A program made the position numbers and the translations under genes. The notes beneath the pieces were generated by a model that searched no databases, was not told the origin of the DNA, and was given only the letters and a program-made list of their open reading frames with translations. From positions 96,001 through 160,000 of the IMG/VR virus record IMGVR_UViG_3300044959_000131: a stretch of 64,000 bases of DNA. One strand, 5' to 3'. Of this stretch, positions 20,201 through 28,437 are shown piece after piece; position 1 is the first letter of the stretch, and every line of letters begins with the position of its first letter. Source of the DNA: a virus.

Positions 20201-22273
20201 GTTGGTGACGAAGTTATCACCCACACTGGATCTACAAAAAGGGTCGTTCGTCTACTACCTAGCACGGCTCACGACGGGCTGATCAAGATTACGGCTTATG
20301 GATTTGGAGACATATTAGCTACTCCAAATCACCCATTCATGATTGGAAGGACAAAGACCGGTGTGAAAGGAGGTCGTAAGGCACAGCTCGACGAGTCGCC
20401 GCCAGATTGGGTCGCCGCAGAAGACGTTCAGCAATTCGACACTGTCTTTCTGCCAATTCCAAAAATTGAGCTCTCCAAGGATTCAAAATACAGCAATGCA
20501 CGCGTCGGGTGGTTACTCGGGCTCTACCTAGCAGAAGGGTCCCCAAGCTTCTCTCCTGGTGTCGCGCATCCGAAATCAGTCACGTTGTCAGTCAACGTAA
20601 GCGAATCCTTTGAGGACCGCGTCAAGGAAGCCGTAACTTTGATGGGAGGCGACGCCGCAGACGTTAGCGTCTGCGTATCAGAGGAGCGACACAGCAAGAG
20701 TATTCGAATCAACAATAGAGAGATTGCTGAGTGGCTTCTACTGATGGGTGGGCGTGGTAGTCACACTAAGACGCTCAATCCTGCAGTTTGGCATCTGGGA
20801 GAAGAATTTGCTAGGGGTGTTCTTCTCGGTTGGTGTGATGGAGATGGTAGCACTGGTGATAACGTAACAAGGATCGCAACTTCGTCTGAATCCCTTGCGA
20901 GGCAGATGCAACTTCTTGCTGCATCTTGTGGGATTCTATCAGGTCTTAAGCTATACTCTCGTGATACCAATTTCTGCCACCAGGATATTTGGTATCTCAC
21001 GTTCTCGGGAGATGCCTCGGCGGCTCTTCGTGAGCAACGTCCCCAGGAAGTTTTTGAGAATCAGTCCAAGCTCTTCTTCTGGAAGAATTACCTCTGCTCT
21101 ACTGTCAGAAGAGTTGAAGAAGTTCCATACCATGGAGACGTCTTCAACTTTGAAGTCGAGGATGACCACTCATACGTAGCCGGATGCTTTGCGGTTCATA
21201 ATTGCCATCACATGATGCCTCCTCCAGAGCTGAGGAGTGTATACGGACCGAACAAGATTCTCCCCGATGGCCGTCGCATCTACGTCATCAACACGATGCC
21301 GAAGTTCTTCGACATCAGTTTTGTATTCATTGGTGCAGACAAGACGGCGAAGGTGATGGCCAAGGTGGCATCCGTTGGAAACTCGGTTTGCCTTGGAGAA
21401 GTGTGCGCAATACCGAGACCGTCAGCCGTTGTTCACGAGCTCACTTCATCACCACCTTCTGAAGATGGATTCCGGAAGGTCGCTTCTGCAGATTGTTCTT
21501 GCGGATGTGGTGGGCCGTGTGATCCAATGTCAAAGCTTGCCGATGCGTTTGGTGCCACAAAGGTCGGGGAGATCATCAAGACCGTACCAGCTGGAAACTT
21601 TGCCAAGAACATCCTTCCAGCAATTGAGGCTTCAGAACCAGACCTACCAAAATCTCTTCTCAATGACCTGGCATCTAGGCACACAATTGGGGAGATTACG
21701 GGTCGCGCCGCCTCCCTTGGCATTGTGTTGAAGCCTGTTGAGTTCCAAAGGATTGTACTTGTAAGGATGGGAAATGGAGAACTGGCAGACGAGCTCGACG
21801 ACGAGTGCAACGTATTCAGACACGTCCAAGCTGTGGACGACTCAGTCCAACCAGACCCCCTACTTCCTGAAACTGGTCTCCTTCACCTGCTCCGTCGATT
21901 TATCTCAACTCGTTCGGGACTGGGGGAGCCACTCCGGATCCGGTCTGTTAAAGTTATGCTGGGCGTGAAAAAGCCTCTTCCCACCCGGACGCCGATCGAA
22001 CATCCTCTACTCGACAAAATCAGTGCCGCCTATAATGGGTATAGGCGGAACCTTCTGAAGAAACTTTCACAGGTCGAAAACGTGATCTACAACGACCCAT
22101 CGCTAAGAAAAGAGATCTTGGGGAATCGGTTGTCTAGCTTGTTCACAAAGACGGCCAACTCCCAAATCTTGTCTCACGATTCGTTGTCGTACATGATGGG
22201 CGCGTACTTCACGGATAGAGGCCTGTTGCTCAATACTGGCATTACTGATGTAGTGTCAGGTTTAATGGCCTAG
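17249..22273 (+). CDS. Prohead (capsid maturation) serine protease with three inteins; 544 aa after splicing
   Basis: Spliced exteins give G|SNINADYF, FQHHKN (His), DVSMG|CKVPFDICSICG...Y|CHH (catalytic Ser region plus Zn ribbon) and FFDISFVFIGAD. This is HK97/T4-gp21-clan protease order, located upstream of the scaffold and MCP genes. Confidence 0.85.
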   Translation: MKKQVQFRGHTEFGVFCRSLFGSSGAFEKIAGAPPFADWPTGEELRKYISKITKEDRKKYVYVLVNALGAGEYFGCFPAGSIVRSKRGDIPIEHVVVGDEVLTHRNRWRRVIATNRKFHDLGLVHLDVTGVPHLAPAISATPNHEVFVVPRDDLFRARRDILYKRGEMDWKSSYNEFVSSLNPDWMPIEFIRPGDFLFQPFPIETRNSDFAQKWGDHDFAYLMGLFAAEGCLAERYGRDRNKERSELVERIVFVIGDHEDHIVRNVQRIVEKHGRSVTVKRTPETKSIRLELCWKELAQACLEHIGCHSTEKSLSWDILTMPHGWQEAFLAPYVEGDGHFVENSKFERYNGSVVISTASKNLALDLRLLYARLGIVVSVNGRHNTKATWYNGNPIYTIHIGKTWAKDWNGSTRASSYIDKERGFIISPVRSVSHEKWSGEVFDLTVEEDSSYVVNGIVVHNSNINADYFPWNALAHEGDDYGYKTFLNAHAFQHHKNKDPTRAFGVPVLSVLNHPMKRVELIVRLDRAKAKEEQADGIITRIEAGEFPDVSMGCVPKYAKILRKDGRIVHIEEIREGDEVISHRGRAQRVVSTMVRRHKGTIFHIKPYGHRDALILTEEHPLWIVRAEQMECRPSSKSINQGRRQHVCTPDSHLTKKGCSGCLTRPSFKFEWVRADEVSEGDYLAMPIPTFEAERKFTAVEARLLGYYLAEGYVLKNNSGEAIGVEFCTGLNEIETHDELRKLATLSGLADKVVERDIPERNGKYIAIWDRNLADLCSTHCGSGAKTKFLSASLMGADEETLQLFIGAYANGDGGCYEGSIYFSTASEQLADQLRILLARLRCIASVNEIVHKPSKLVNTETVEFQVRVGKDSAWRLTGSRFSPGRSEKICNKRFFYDFEGTTYLMTPIERIDEVEYDDDVYNFGVENDDSYLIDGLAVHNCKVPFDICSICGQKSKTRLDYCFPPGTPILMADGQFKAIEEVRVGDEVITHTGSTKRVVRLLPSTAHDGLIKITAYGFGDILATPNHPFMIGRTKTGVKGGRKAQLDESPPDWVAAEDVQQFDTVFLPIPKIELSKDSKYSNARVGWLLGLYLAEGSPSFSPGVAHPKSVTLSVNVSESFEDRVKEAVTLMGGDAADVSVCVSEERHSKSIRINNREIAEWLLLMGGRGSHTKTLNPAVWHLGEEFARGVLLGWCDGDGSTGDNVTRIATSSESLARQMQLLAASCGILSGLKLYSRDTNFCHQDIWYLTFSGDASAALREQRPQEVFENQSKLFFWKNYLCSTVRRVEEVPYHGDVFNFEVEDDHSYVAGCFAVHNCHHMMPPPELRSVYGPNKILPDGRRIYVINTMPKFFDISFVFIGADKTAKVMAKVASVGNSVCLGEVCAIPRPSAVVHELTSSPPSEDGFRKVASADCSCGCGGPCDPMSKLADAFGATKVGEIIKTVPAGNFAKNILPAIEASEPDLPKSLLNDLASRHTIGEITGRAASLGIVLKPVEFQRIVLVRMGNGELADELDDECNVFRHVQAVDDSVQPDPLLPETGLLHLLRRFISTRSGLGEPLRIRSVKVMLGVKKPLPTRTPIEHPLLDKISAAYNGYRRNLLKKLSQVENVIYNDPSLRKEILGNRLSSLFTKTANSQILSHDSLSYMMGAYFTDRGLLLNTGITDVVSGLMA
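17474..18631 (+). mobile_element. Intein 1 of prohead protease (386 aa, LAGLIDADG)
   Basis: CFPAGSIV start, ATPNH block B, LMGLFAAEG / FLAPYVEGDG, ends VVHN|S. Confidence 0.93.
18908..20071 (+). mobile_element. Intein 2 of prohead protease (388 aa, LAGLIDADG)
   Basis: CVPKYAKI start, LTEEH, LLGYYLAEG / FIGAYANGDG, ends AVHN|C. Inserted directly after VSMG. Confidence 0.93.
20135..21202 (+). mobile_element. Intein 3 of prohead protease (356 aa, LAGLIDADG)
   Basis: CFPPGTPI start, ATPNH, LLGLYLAEG / LLGWCDGDG, ends AVHN|C. Only 21 extein residues separate it from intein 2. Confidence 0.93.
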
Positions 22274-22335
22274 AGGTCCTAACCTCGAAGATGGCAATCG
22301 ACTCATAACAACCACAACACGGAGAACTAGAAACA

Positions 22336-23004
22336 ATGGATCCAAGACTTGCAGAAATCTACGGAACCAACGAGGACATCAGCGACACTGAGAAGCTAGC
22401 CGCTGCCAAGCTGGCAGAGGAGCTCGCGGACGATGACGAGATCGACCTCGACGGAATGTCCGATGAGGAAATCGAAGCCCTCGCTAGAGAAGTCCTAGAG
22501 GGTGACGACAGCGACGATGACGACGAGTACGATGATGCCGCTGAGAAGGTCGCCGAGGCCGACTACCTTGGGCGTGTAATGGCACACGCCTACGTACAGG
22601 AACTAAAGAGCATCGAAAAGGCGGCTGCTCCGGAGCCGTCGGCGGCGACGGCGCTCGCGAAAAGGTCAAGGCTGAGAGAATACTACGGCAAGGGCAAGAT
22701 GCAGCTCGAGCGGGCATTGAAGGCCATTAAGTCCCATCCGAAGACCACAGCAGGAGTCGCCACTGGTCTAGCTGGTCTCGGTGCTGGTGCGTACCTGCTT
22801 AGCAGAAAGAAGGGGAAGCGTAAGCACGCCTCGGCCACTCCGGCGCTCGATGCACTCGCCGAGCAGAGGGCACTTGAGATTCTAGAGGAAAATGGAATCG
22901 ACGTAAACGATGAGAGCGATTCGAAGTACGATGTTCTCGCTCAGGCCGTTGAGTTACGTGCTCGGGAGATGCTCGAAGACGCAGGATACGAGTTCGAGGA
23001 CTAA
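22336..23004 (+). CDS. Scaffold-like protein: acidic segments around a basic glycine-zipper cassette
   Basis: Very acidic N- and C-terminal parts; EKLAA, AKLAE, EKVAE, EKAAA and RKHAS motifs; GVATGLAGLGAGAYLL helix. Confidence 0.6.
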   Translation: MDPRLAEIYGTNEDISDTEKLAAAKLAEELADDDEIDLDGMSDEEIEALAREVLEGDDSDDDDEYDDAAEKVAEADYLGRVMAHAYVQELKSIEKAAAPEPSAATALAKRSRLREYYGKGKMQLERALKAIKSHPKTTAGVATGLAGLGAGAYLLSRKKGKRKHASATPALDALAEQRALEILEENGIDVNDESDSKYDVLAQAVELRAREMLEDAGYEFED

Positions 23005-23019
23005 TACCAGTTCTGACGG

Positions 23020-23066
23020 TTGGGGATTCCTGGGAATTGGTATTTCTCAATCCCAGGAATCCCCAA
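23020..23066. repeat. Perfect 16-bp inverted repeat (long hairpin), no U tail
   Basis: ttggggattcctggga (23020-23035) and tcccaggaatccccaa (23051-23066). Confidence 0.9.
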
Positions 23067-23084
23067 TCTGAGAGGTCAACGACA

Positions 23085-23345
23085 ATGCCCAAGTGGCATA
23101 TCAGTTTGGGTACTGTCTTGGGCTTCTCAGATGAGCTTCAGAAGATTGCGATGTCATTTAAACCGACATCTTTTGGAGACGTGAGGAAGGAAGTGTCGTA
23201 CGCGGGAACAGCACTAGCGAGGCGAAAGCCAAGCTATGCAAAGGTCAATAAACAGCAGACACTACCGGCATCGTCATCAGAGCTCACTGAGAGCGCAAAG
23301 ACTGTTCAACCACCCCCTGCGACGATGCCCGGGGGAGATTTGTAG
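23085..23345 (+). CDS. Small basic protein (FSDELQKIA motif)
   Basis: The ATG at 23085 follows a GAGAGG RBS. The track start at 23037 lies inside the hairpin. Confidence 0.6.
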   Translation: MPKWHISLGTVLGFSDELQKIAMSFKPTSFGDVRKEVSYAGTALARRKPSYAKVNKQQTLPASSSELTESAKTVQPPPATMPGGDL

Positions 23346-23351
23346 GAGACC

Positions 23352-24359
23352 ATGATGCACACCAAGCTCGCCGGTCACATTCCCCTGCACGAGATGATTG
23401 CAAACACCATCAATAGTGCTCGCAACAAGCTCGCTGCCGAAGGTGCGGAGTCAAAGGAAGAGGCCAAGAAGGTTCTTCCATTCATGAAGAAGAAGGAAGA
23501 GAAGAAGGAAGAGAAGGAGAAGGCGTCATCTGCCTTCGACTTCTCTGACCCAGATGAACTTTTGAAGCTAGCATCTGTTCTTTATGAGCTCGGAGACAAG
23601 CTTGCTGACTCGAAATACGTCGGCGGCGAGAAGAGTCAAGGTGGAGAAGTTCTTCCAACCGCCTCTGCTGTCCCAGGAAAGCAGCAATACACGAAGGACT
23701 CTTCAAAGTCTCACAACATTCCAGCCAGCACTCCTGAGAAGTCAACGTCTGACAATCCAGGAGCAGCGACCGCAACTGAGACGGATGACAGGCCAGGTAA
23801 GCTTCTAAGGTACCTACGAGCCAAATACCCAAATAAGGGTGTGTTGAGAACGTCTCCAGAAGCTGGTCAGGAGAAAAAGTCTTCAGCTCTAGAATACATC
23901 CTCGGTAAGGTAGCTACGTTCGGCGCTCAAGAAAAGAGCATGGGTGGGGAGACGCTGGACAGCGCCTCAGAGCAGGGTCCAAAGCCTCCTTCTGACTCGA
24001 AGGGTGGAAACGATGCTCGGAGCCACATCCGATCGAACAAAGCCGCCATCGATATGAAGAAGGTGGAAGGCAAAAACCCACAAAAGAGGATGTTATCTGA
24101 AGTACTGACGGAGCCAGCCCAATCGAAGGCTCATGACTCAAAGGTTCACGAGAATCTGCGCAATGCCTCCAAAGGGGGCGTGAAGATCGCAGTAGCAAAG
24201 GCCTTCCTTCAGAAGATTGCTGCGGATGAGTGCCATCCGCAGCATGAGAAGTTGAAGGAAGCGTTGAAGAAGCGTCTGGAGAAGAAGAGCATGGGTGGTC
24301 TTGGAATGGGAGCACCAATGCCGACCACTCCTCCTGCTCCGATGCCAATGGCTCGGTAA
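23352..24359 (+). CDS. Putative scaffold / internal head protein (K-x-[A/S] family)
   Basis: TKLAG, NKLAA, LKLAS, DKLAD, GKVAT, VKIAV and QKIAA motifs; low complexity. Confidence 0.6.
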   Translation: MMHTKLAGHIPLHEMIANTINSARNKLAAEGAESKEEAKKVLPFMKKKEEKKEEKEKASSAFDFSDPDELLKLASVLYELGDKLADSKYVGGEKSQGGEVLPTASAVPGKQQYTKDSSKSHNIPASTPEKSTSDNPGAATATETDDRPGKLLRYLRAKYPNKGVLRTSPEAGQEKKSSALEYILGKVATFGAQEKSMGGETLDSASEQGPKPPSDSKGGNDARSHIRSNKAAIDMKKVEGKNPQKRMLSEVLTEPAQSKAHDSKVHENLRNASKGGVKIAVAKAFLQKIAADECHPQHEKLKEALKKRLEKKSMGGLGMGAPMPTTPPAPMPMAR

Positions 24360-24377
24360 AGAAGAAGGGAGACCGCC

Positions 24378-24752
24378 ATGGGTAAAATCGGAAAAGTTCA
24401 GATTGGACAGATGATGAAAGTCGCTGCCCACTCCATCCGGCTCCTTTCGGAGGAGAACCAGCGTCTCAGAGAGAAGGTCGCTCAATTCGAGCACCGGGCA
24501 CGTGTCGAGAAGGTGGCCTCGCTCATGGAGGAGAAGGGCCTTCAGCCCGAGCTCTCCTTCGAAGAGAAGGTCGCAGTACTTTCTCAGAAGGACAACCTGG
24601 ATGTCATCGAAGAGGCCGTAAATCTCTCGGCGCCACAGTTCAAACTTGCCTCCGTCGATGAGGGAGGAAGAGTGACTGTGGAGGGTGGATCGGAAATGGA
24701 CAGCTCTGCTGCGGAGAACAACTTCGCAGCAGCGCTCGCAGGACTGGACTGA
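24378..24752 (+). CDS. Putative scaffolding protein
   Basis: Coiled-coil character; MKVAA, EKVAQ, EKVAS, EKVAV and FKLAS motifs; just upstream of the decoration and MCP genes. Confidence 0.5.
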   Translation: MGKIGKVQIGQMMKVAAHSIRLLSEENQRLREKVAQFEHRARVEKVASLMEEKGLQPELSFEEKVAVLSQKDNLDVIEEAVNLSAPQFKLASVDEGGRVTVEGGSEMDSSAAENNFAAALAGLD

Positions 24753-24797
24753 CCCATCTCACAGGTCTAAACATCAACTTTGAAGGAGATTTGAAAC

Positions 24798-25292
24798 ATG
24801 TCAGCACCACTTTTTCAACTTGTGACGGAGCTTCAAACCCTCACACGCCGCGATTTTCCTGCGGCTGATGAGACTTCTCTAAACCCACTAAGTGCTCGTC
24901 CTCTCGTCGATGGAGAGTGGCTCGAACTTGATTCGAACTACAAGCTTGCTCGTGGAGGCGACAACAACGCTGCAACGCCGGACGAAGGTTTGTCAATGAA
25001 CACCTTCGTCGTCCATACAGAGCGTGGCAGATATGACGTACAGGCAATCAGAAAGGTCAACGTTCTGATGCTTGGAATGTACGAAGCTGAAACTCAGGTT
25101 GTGGACACGACTGGACTAGCTCTTGGGGATGCCTTGACCGTTCAAGACATCTTGATTGGAGGTGTCGTTCGTCGTGGTCTGAAGAAGGCCGGAGCAACTC
25201 CGGGTCGTGTAGTTGTAGGATACGTCTCGAAGCTTTACCCCTCGGGTCCGGCCAAGGTTCGTTTTGTCCACATGGCGAACACCAAGTACTAA
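24798..25292 (+). CDS. Putative capsid decoration/cement protein
   Basis: Lies immediately before the MCP gene; 164 aa, beta-rich with GLALGDAL and VVGYV segments; GAAGGAG RBS. Confidence 0.5.
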   Translation: MSAPLFQLVTELQTLTRRDFPAADETSLNPLSARPLVDGEWLELDSNYKLARGGDNNAATPDEGLSMNTFVVHTERGRYDVQAIRKVNVLMLGMYEAETQVVDTTGLALGDALTVQDILIGGVVRRGLKKAGATPGRVVVGYVSKLYPSGPAKVRFVHMANTKY

Positions 25293-25334
25293 TAAATCCA
25301 GGTGACCATTTAACAAAGTTCAGGAGAAATCAAC

Positions 25335-26453
25335 ATGAGCGCTGTTCCAGCAAGAGTCCTCAACGACCTGTTCTTCGAAAAGGTCGCCACCACAGATGGC
25401 AAGGAGAAGATTGCCGAGTTCGGTGGAACATACATCCGAGACCGCCTGCGTGAGGTATCATTCGCACGCAAGATCCTTCCTCCTCAGCCGGTTCAACGGA
25501 CTGAGTGTCAGAGGTCTGTGAACCACGACACCTTGGTCAAGATCGTCGACATCGAGCCAAACTCGAAGGCCGTCGCCTTGACATTCCGTGGCCAACCGAC
25601 TGCTCGCTTCATCCGTGCTCCTCGTTTCGAGATTCCGTTCTTCACGATCTCGTCCGAGAAGTTCGAGAAGACGGAGCAGGAACTTCTGGCTTACGAGATG
25701 CCCATCACCAAGATCATCGAGGAGAACTCGGTGAAGGACATCCAAGAGATCGAGGACCGTCAATTCCTCATCTACGTCGAGGCGGCTGTTCAGGCTATGC
25801 AACTCGATGCCAATGGTGGGGTCCCGGCGCCATTCAATGTCTCAAACCTTGGAACAACTGTCGCTTCTTCAGTGGTCAAGGGTGACGGTGCAATTGCAGC
25901 CGGTGCAAACAACTTCGTCTCATACCCCATCCTGAAGCCGGACCTCATCAAGCTGAAGAAGCTACTGCACCGCCGCAAGCTGCGTGCAGAGAGGATGATC
26001 ATCACCGAGCCTGACTACGATGACATCTCGGCCTGGACCATCCAGGACGTTGGCATGACCATCGCTGGTGAGACCTCGGTCGAGGGATGGAAGGCGTCGA
26101 CAGTGGTCGGGTTGAAGATCATCCGCACCATCAAGACCGACATCCTTCGTGAGGGCAACGTGTACTGCTTCACGGCGCCGGAGTTCTTGGGCCGGTTCTA
26201 CGTTCTGAACCAGACCAAGTTCTACATCGACAAGATTGCGAACCTCATCACCTGGCAGTCGTGGGAGGACATCGCAATTGGCATCGGTAACATCGCGTCC
26301 GTTGTCAAGCTTGAGCTCTACGGAGGATCGGTCACGCCAGGAGCGACCGACCCAGGCTACACCTCCAAGCTGCCTGTCGATGAGAGCGACCTCGGTGCAG
26401 TGAACAACAGAGCTGATGCAGGACTAACGGTACCAGCAGTAGACCAGTTCTGA
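25335..26453 (+). CDS. Major capsid protein (HK97-fold)
   Basis: 372 aa with strongly biased, high-expression-type codons. RLREVSFARKILP and IQEIED long-helix pattern. Follows the protease and scaffold genes and is followed by a terminator. N-terminal EKVAT / EKIAE. Confidence 0.8.
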   Translation: MSAVPARVLNDLFFEKVATTDGKEKIAEFGGTYIRDRLREVSFARKILPPQPVQRTECQRSVNHDTLVKIVDIEPNSKAVALTFRGQPTARFIRAPRFEIPFFTISSEKFEKTEQELLAYEMPITKIIEENSVKDIQEIEDRQFLIYVEAAVQAMQLDANGGVPAPFNVSNLGTTVASSVVKGDGAIAAGANNFVSYPILKPDLIKLKKLLHRRKLRAERMIITEPDYDDISAWTIQDVGMTIAGETSVEGWKASTVVGLKIIRTIKTDILREGNVYCFTAPEFLGRFYVLNQTKFYIDKIANLITWQSWEDIAIGIGNIASVVKLELYGGSVTPGATDPGYTSKLPVDESDLGAVNNRADAGLTVPAVDQF

Positions 26454-26477
26454 AATCGATAGTATGGTCTAACATTG

Positions 26478-26507
26478 GGGAGGGAGAGAAACCTCCCTCC
26501 CTTTCTT
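26478..26507 (+). terminator. Intrinsic terminator after MCP
   Basis: gggagggag-agaaac-ctccctccc followed by tttctt. Confidence 0.7.
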
Positions 26508-26546
26508 GACTAAACCTGTCTGAAACAACAAGAGGAGACCTTACAA

Positions 26547-26906
26547 ATGTCAGTCGAGAAGATTGCATCGTATCTTGATGTCGACCCTGAAGACCTTGAG
26601 ATCATGGCACAGGAAGTTCTTGAGAAGGTCTCGAGTTCTGGACTCGGTCGCTATGCAGAGCTATTGGCGGGTGGAAAGAAAATGACCTTTTTGGCCCGCT
26701 CGAAAACGCCGGAGATGCTGACAGACACCCGTCCAGGTAACGTCCTTAGAGCCTTGCTACCTGGAAATCGTGTGACTCTAAAAGCTAAGCGTGAGGCACT
26801 CAAGTCTTTGGCAGCAAGACTTGGAACTGGTGGAGCTGTTGCTGCGGGCGCATACGGATTGAAGAAGCTTCGCGACAGGTACAAGAAGTCCAAGTCCAAG
26901 AGGTAA
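26547..26906 (+). CDS. Acidic leader plus basic glycine-zipper protein (K-x-[A/S] family)
   Basis: EKIAS, EKVSS, GTGGAVAAGAYGL and a Lys-rich tail. Confidence 0.65.
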   Translation: MSVEKIASYLDVDPEDLEIMAQEVLEKVSSSGLGRYAELLAGGKKMTFLARSKTPEMLTDTRPGNVLRALLPGNRVTLKAKREALKSLAARLGTGGAVAAGAYGLKKLRDRYKKSKSKR

Positions 26907-26914
26907 TTATTGAC

Positions 26915-27379
26915 ATGTACTATGAGATCACTCGCGGCCTACGAGTCGGTAAGAGTCTCACTCCCGCACAGCGTACTTCATCACTATTCGCTGAGGAGCC
27001 TGTAGTACTTGGTCGGGTTTTGAGGCGTGGAGCCGGTCCAATCCGTATCAGTCCAGAAGATTTCGAGCGCAACAAGGTTCAGCTCCTACGACTTGAACGA
27101 GCCGGGTCAATAATCATCAAACCTCCACAAGACAAACCACAGGACAAAGACGTCTCGATCACAGAATCTGTTGGTTTGGAGTCTCCAAAAATCACACAGG
27201 CTGATAATTCTTCTACAGGTACAGAACCTACAGCTGATGAGACAATGAAGGCCACTGAAATACAACAGACCGAGTCCATCATCTCTGAAGAGCCACCTGC
27301 TACGACTGCTGTGGAAGACACCAAACCTGATACTACGTCGGTAGACGAACAGCCTCGAAAGAAGAAGCGGAAGGAATGA
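26915..27379 (+). CDS. Hypothetical protein with acidic low-complexity tail
   Basis: Operon position. Confidence 0.6.
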   Translation: MYYEITRGLRVGKSLTPAQRTSSLFAEEPVVLGRVLRRGAGPIRISPEDFERNKVQLLRLERAGSIIIKPPQDKPQDKDVSITESVGLESPKITQADNSSTGTEPTADETMKATEIQQTESIISEEPPATTAVEDTKPDTTSVDEQPRKKKRKE

Positions 27380-27741
27380 TGATGAAGGTTTTCAATCTCA
27401 CCGACCAAATAGTGGACTACCGTGGGAAGGTGATTCCGCCATACGGGTCGGAAGAGTACGACATCACATTCATCCCGGACCGCGACAGAGCATTGGAGAA
27501 GAACGGCATCCTCTCATTTGGCGCCCTTCCAAAATGGTGGAGAAAGCCAGAACAGCATTCGCCTGTTAATACTGAACCATCGAACCAGATGGAAGTCAGT
27601 AAGGAAATACACAGTTCGACACAAGAGACAAACGAGGAAGTAAAAGAAGCTAGACTCGAAGTTATTGACGAAGTGAAGGTCGTGGAAAAGTCGTCAATTT
27701 CAAACGATGAAAAGAGCGCCTACAAAAAGAAGCGATTCTAA
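27376..27741 (+). CDS. Hypothetical protein
   Basis: ATGA overlap with the previous gene. Confidence 0.6.
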   Translation: MMMKVFNLTDQIVDYRGKVIPPYGSEEYDITFIPDRDRALEKNGILSFGALPKWWRKPEQHSPVNTEPSNQMEVSKEIHSSTQETNEEVKEARLEVIDEVKVVEKSSISNDEKSAYKKKRF

Positions 27742-27754
27742 CGAGAGATAGTCC

Positions 27755-28249
27755 ATGGCTGTCGATGTCAACGCATCCAATCTTCCGAATGCGGACCTCG
27801 AACTGAATGCCATGGTTGCCCAGGTTCGGGCGTTTCTCAGAGACTACGCCGAGCTCAACCGTCTCATCGCTGGAGTCGAGAACTCAAACAGACAGATTGT
27901 GTGGGCCATCTTTGACGCTCTAGACGATTTCAACACGACTCCACCGTTCACGTTCTTCGGAATTTCGAACTTCCCATCCAAGAGTCTTCTCGTACGTGGA
28001 ACGGTTATCAGTCTCCTTGAGTCTGTCGGCCTCTTACAAACTAGAAATCACCTCTCGTTCTCTGATGGTGGTCTACAGGTCGGCGTCAGCGATAAGACAC
28101 CATTCATCCAGTCCTGGATTCAGCTCTTCAGGAACTCATACGAAGAGAAGAAGCTGCGGTTGAAGGTGGCCTACAATATTGAATCGGCTTGGGGTGGTGG
28201 GATTCACTCAGAGTACCGGTTCGTCAACAACTTCTACGGTGAGTGGTGA
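27755..28249 (+). CDS. Putative head-tail adaptor/neck protein
   Basis: Position after the MCP gene; helical VRAFLRDY...ALDDFNTTPP pattern. Function is inferred. Confidence 0.45.
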   Translation: MAVDVNASNLPNADLELNAMVAQVRAFLRDYAELNRLIAGVENSNRQIVWAIFDALDDFNTTPPFTFFGISNFPSKSLLVRGTVISLLESVGLLQTRNHLSFSDGGLQVGVSDKTPFIQSWIQLFRNSYEEKKLRLKVAYNIESAWGGGIHSEYRFVNNFYGEW

Positions 28250-28252
28250 TAC

Positions 28253-28399
28253 ATGGCTGTTGCACTCAAAGTTCGCTCCTTTAAGAGCTACAACGACCTC
28301 ACGTCCTTCGCTGCTGACCCCGCAAATAACGTCAATACGATCGTATCGATTCAGCACGACGCGGTGAGTGGAGAATGGGTTCTGTTCTTCCTGAGCTAG
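28253..28399 (+). CDS. Small protein, 48 aa (absent from ORF track)
   Basis: MAVALKVRSFKSYNDLTSFAADPANNVNTIVSIQHDAVSGEWVLFFLS; fills the gap in the operon. Confidence 0.6.
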   Translation: MAVALKVRSFKSYNDLTSFAADPANNVNTIVSIQHDAVSGEWVLFFLS

Positions 28400-28437
28400 T
28401 TCCGACACACAACATCTTCAGTTACTATTGGTGATGG

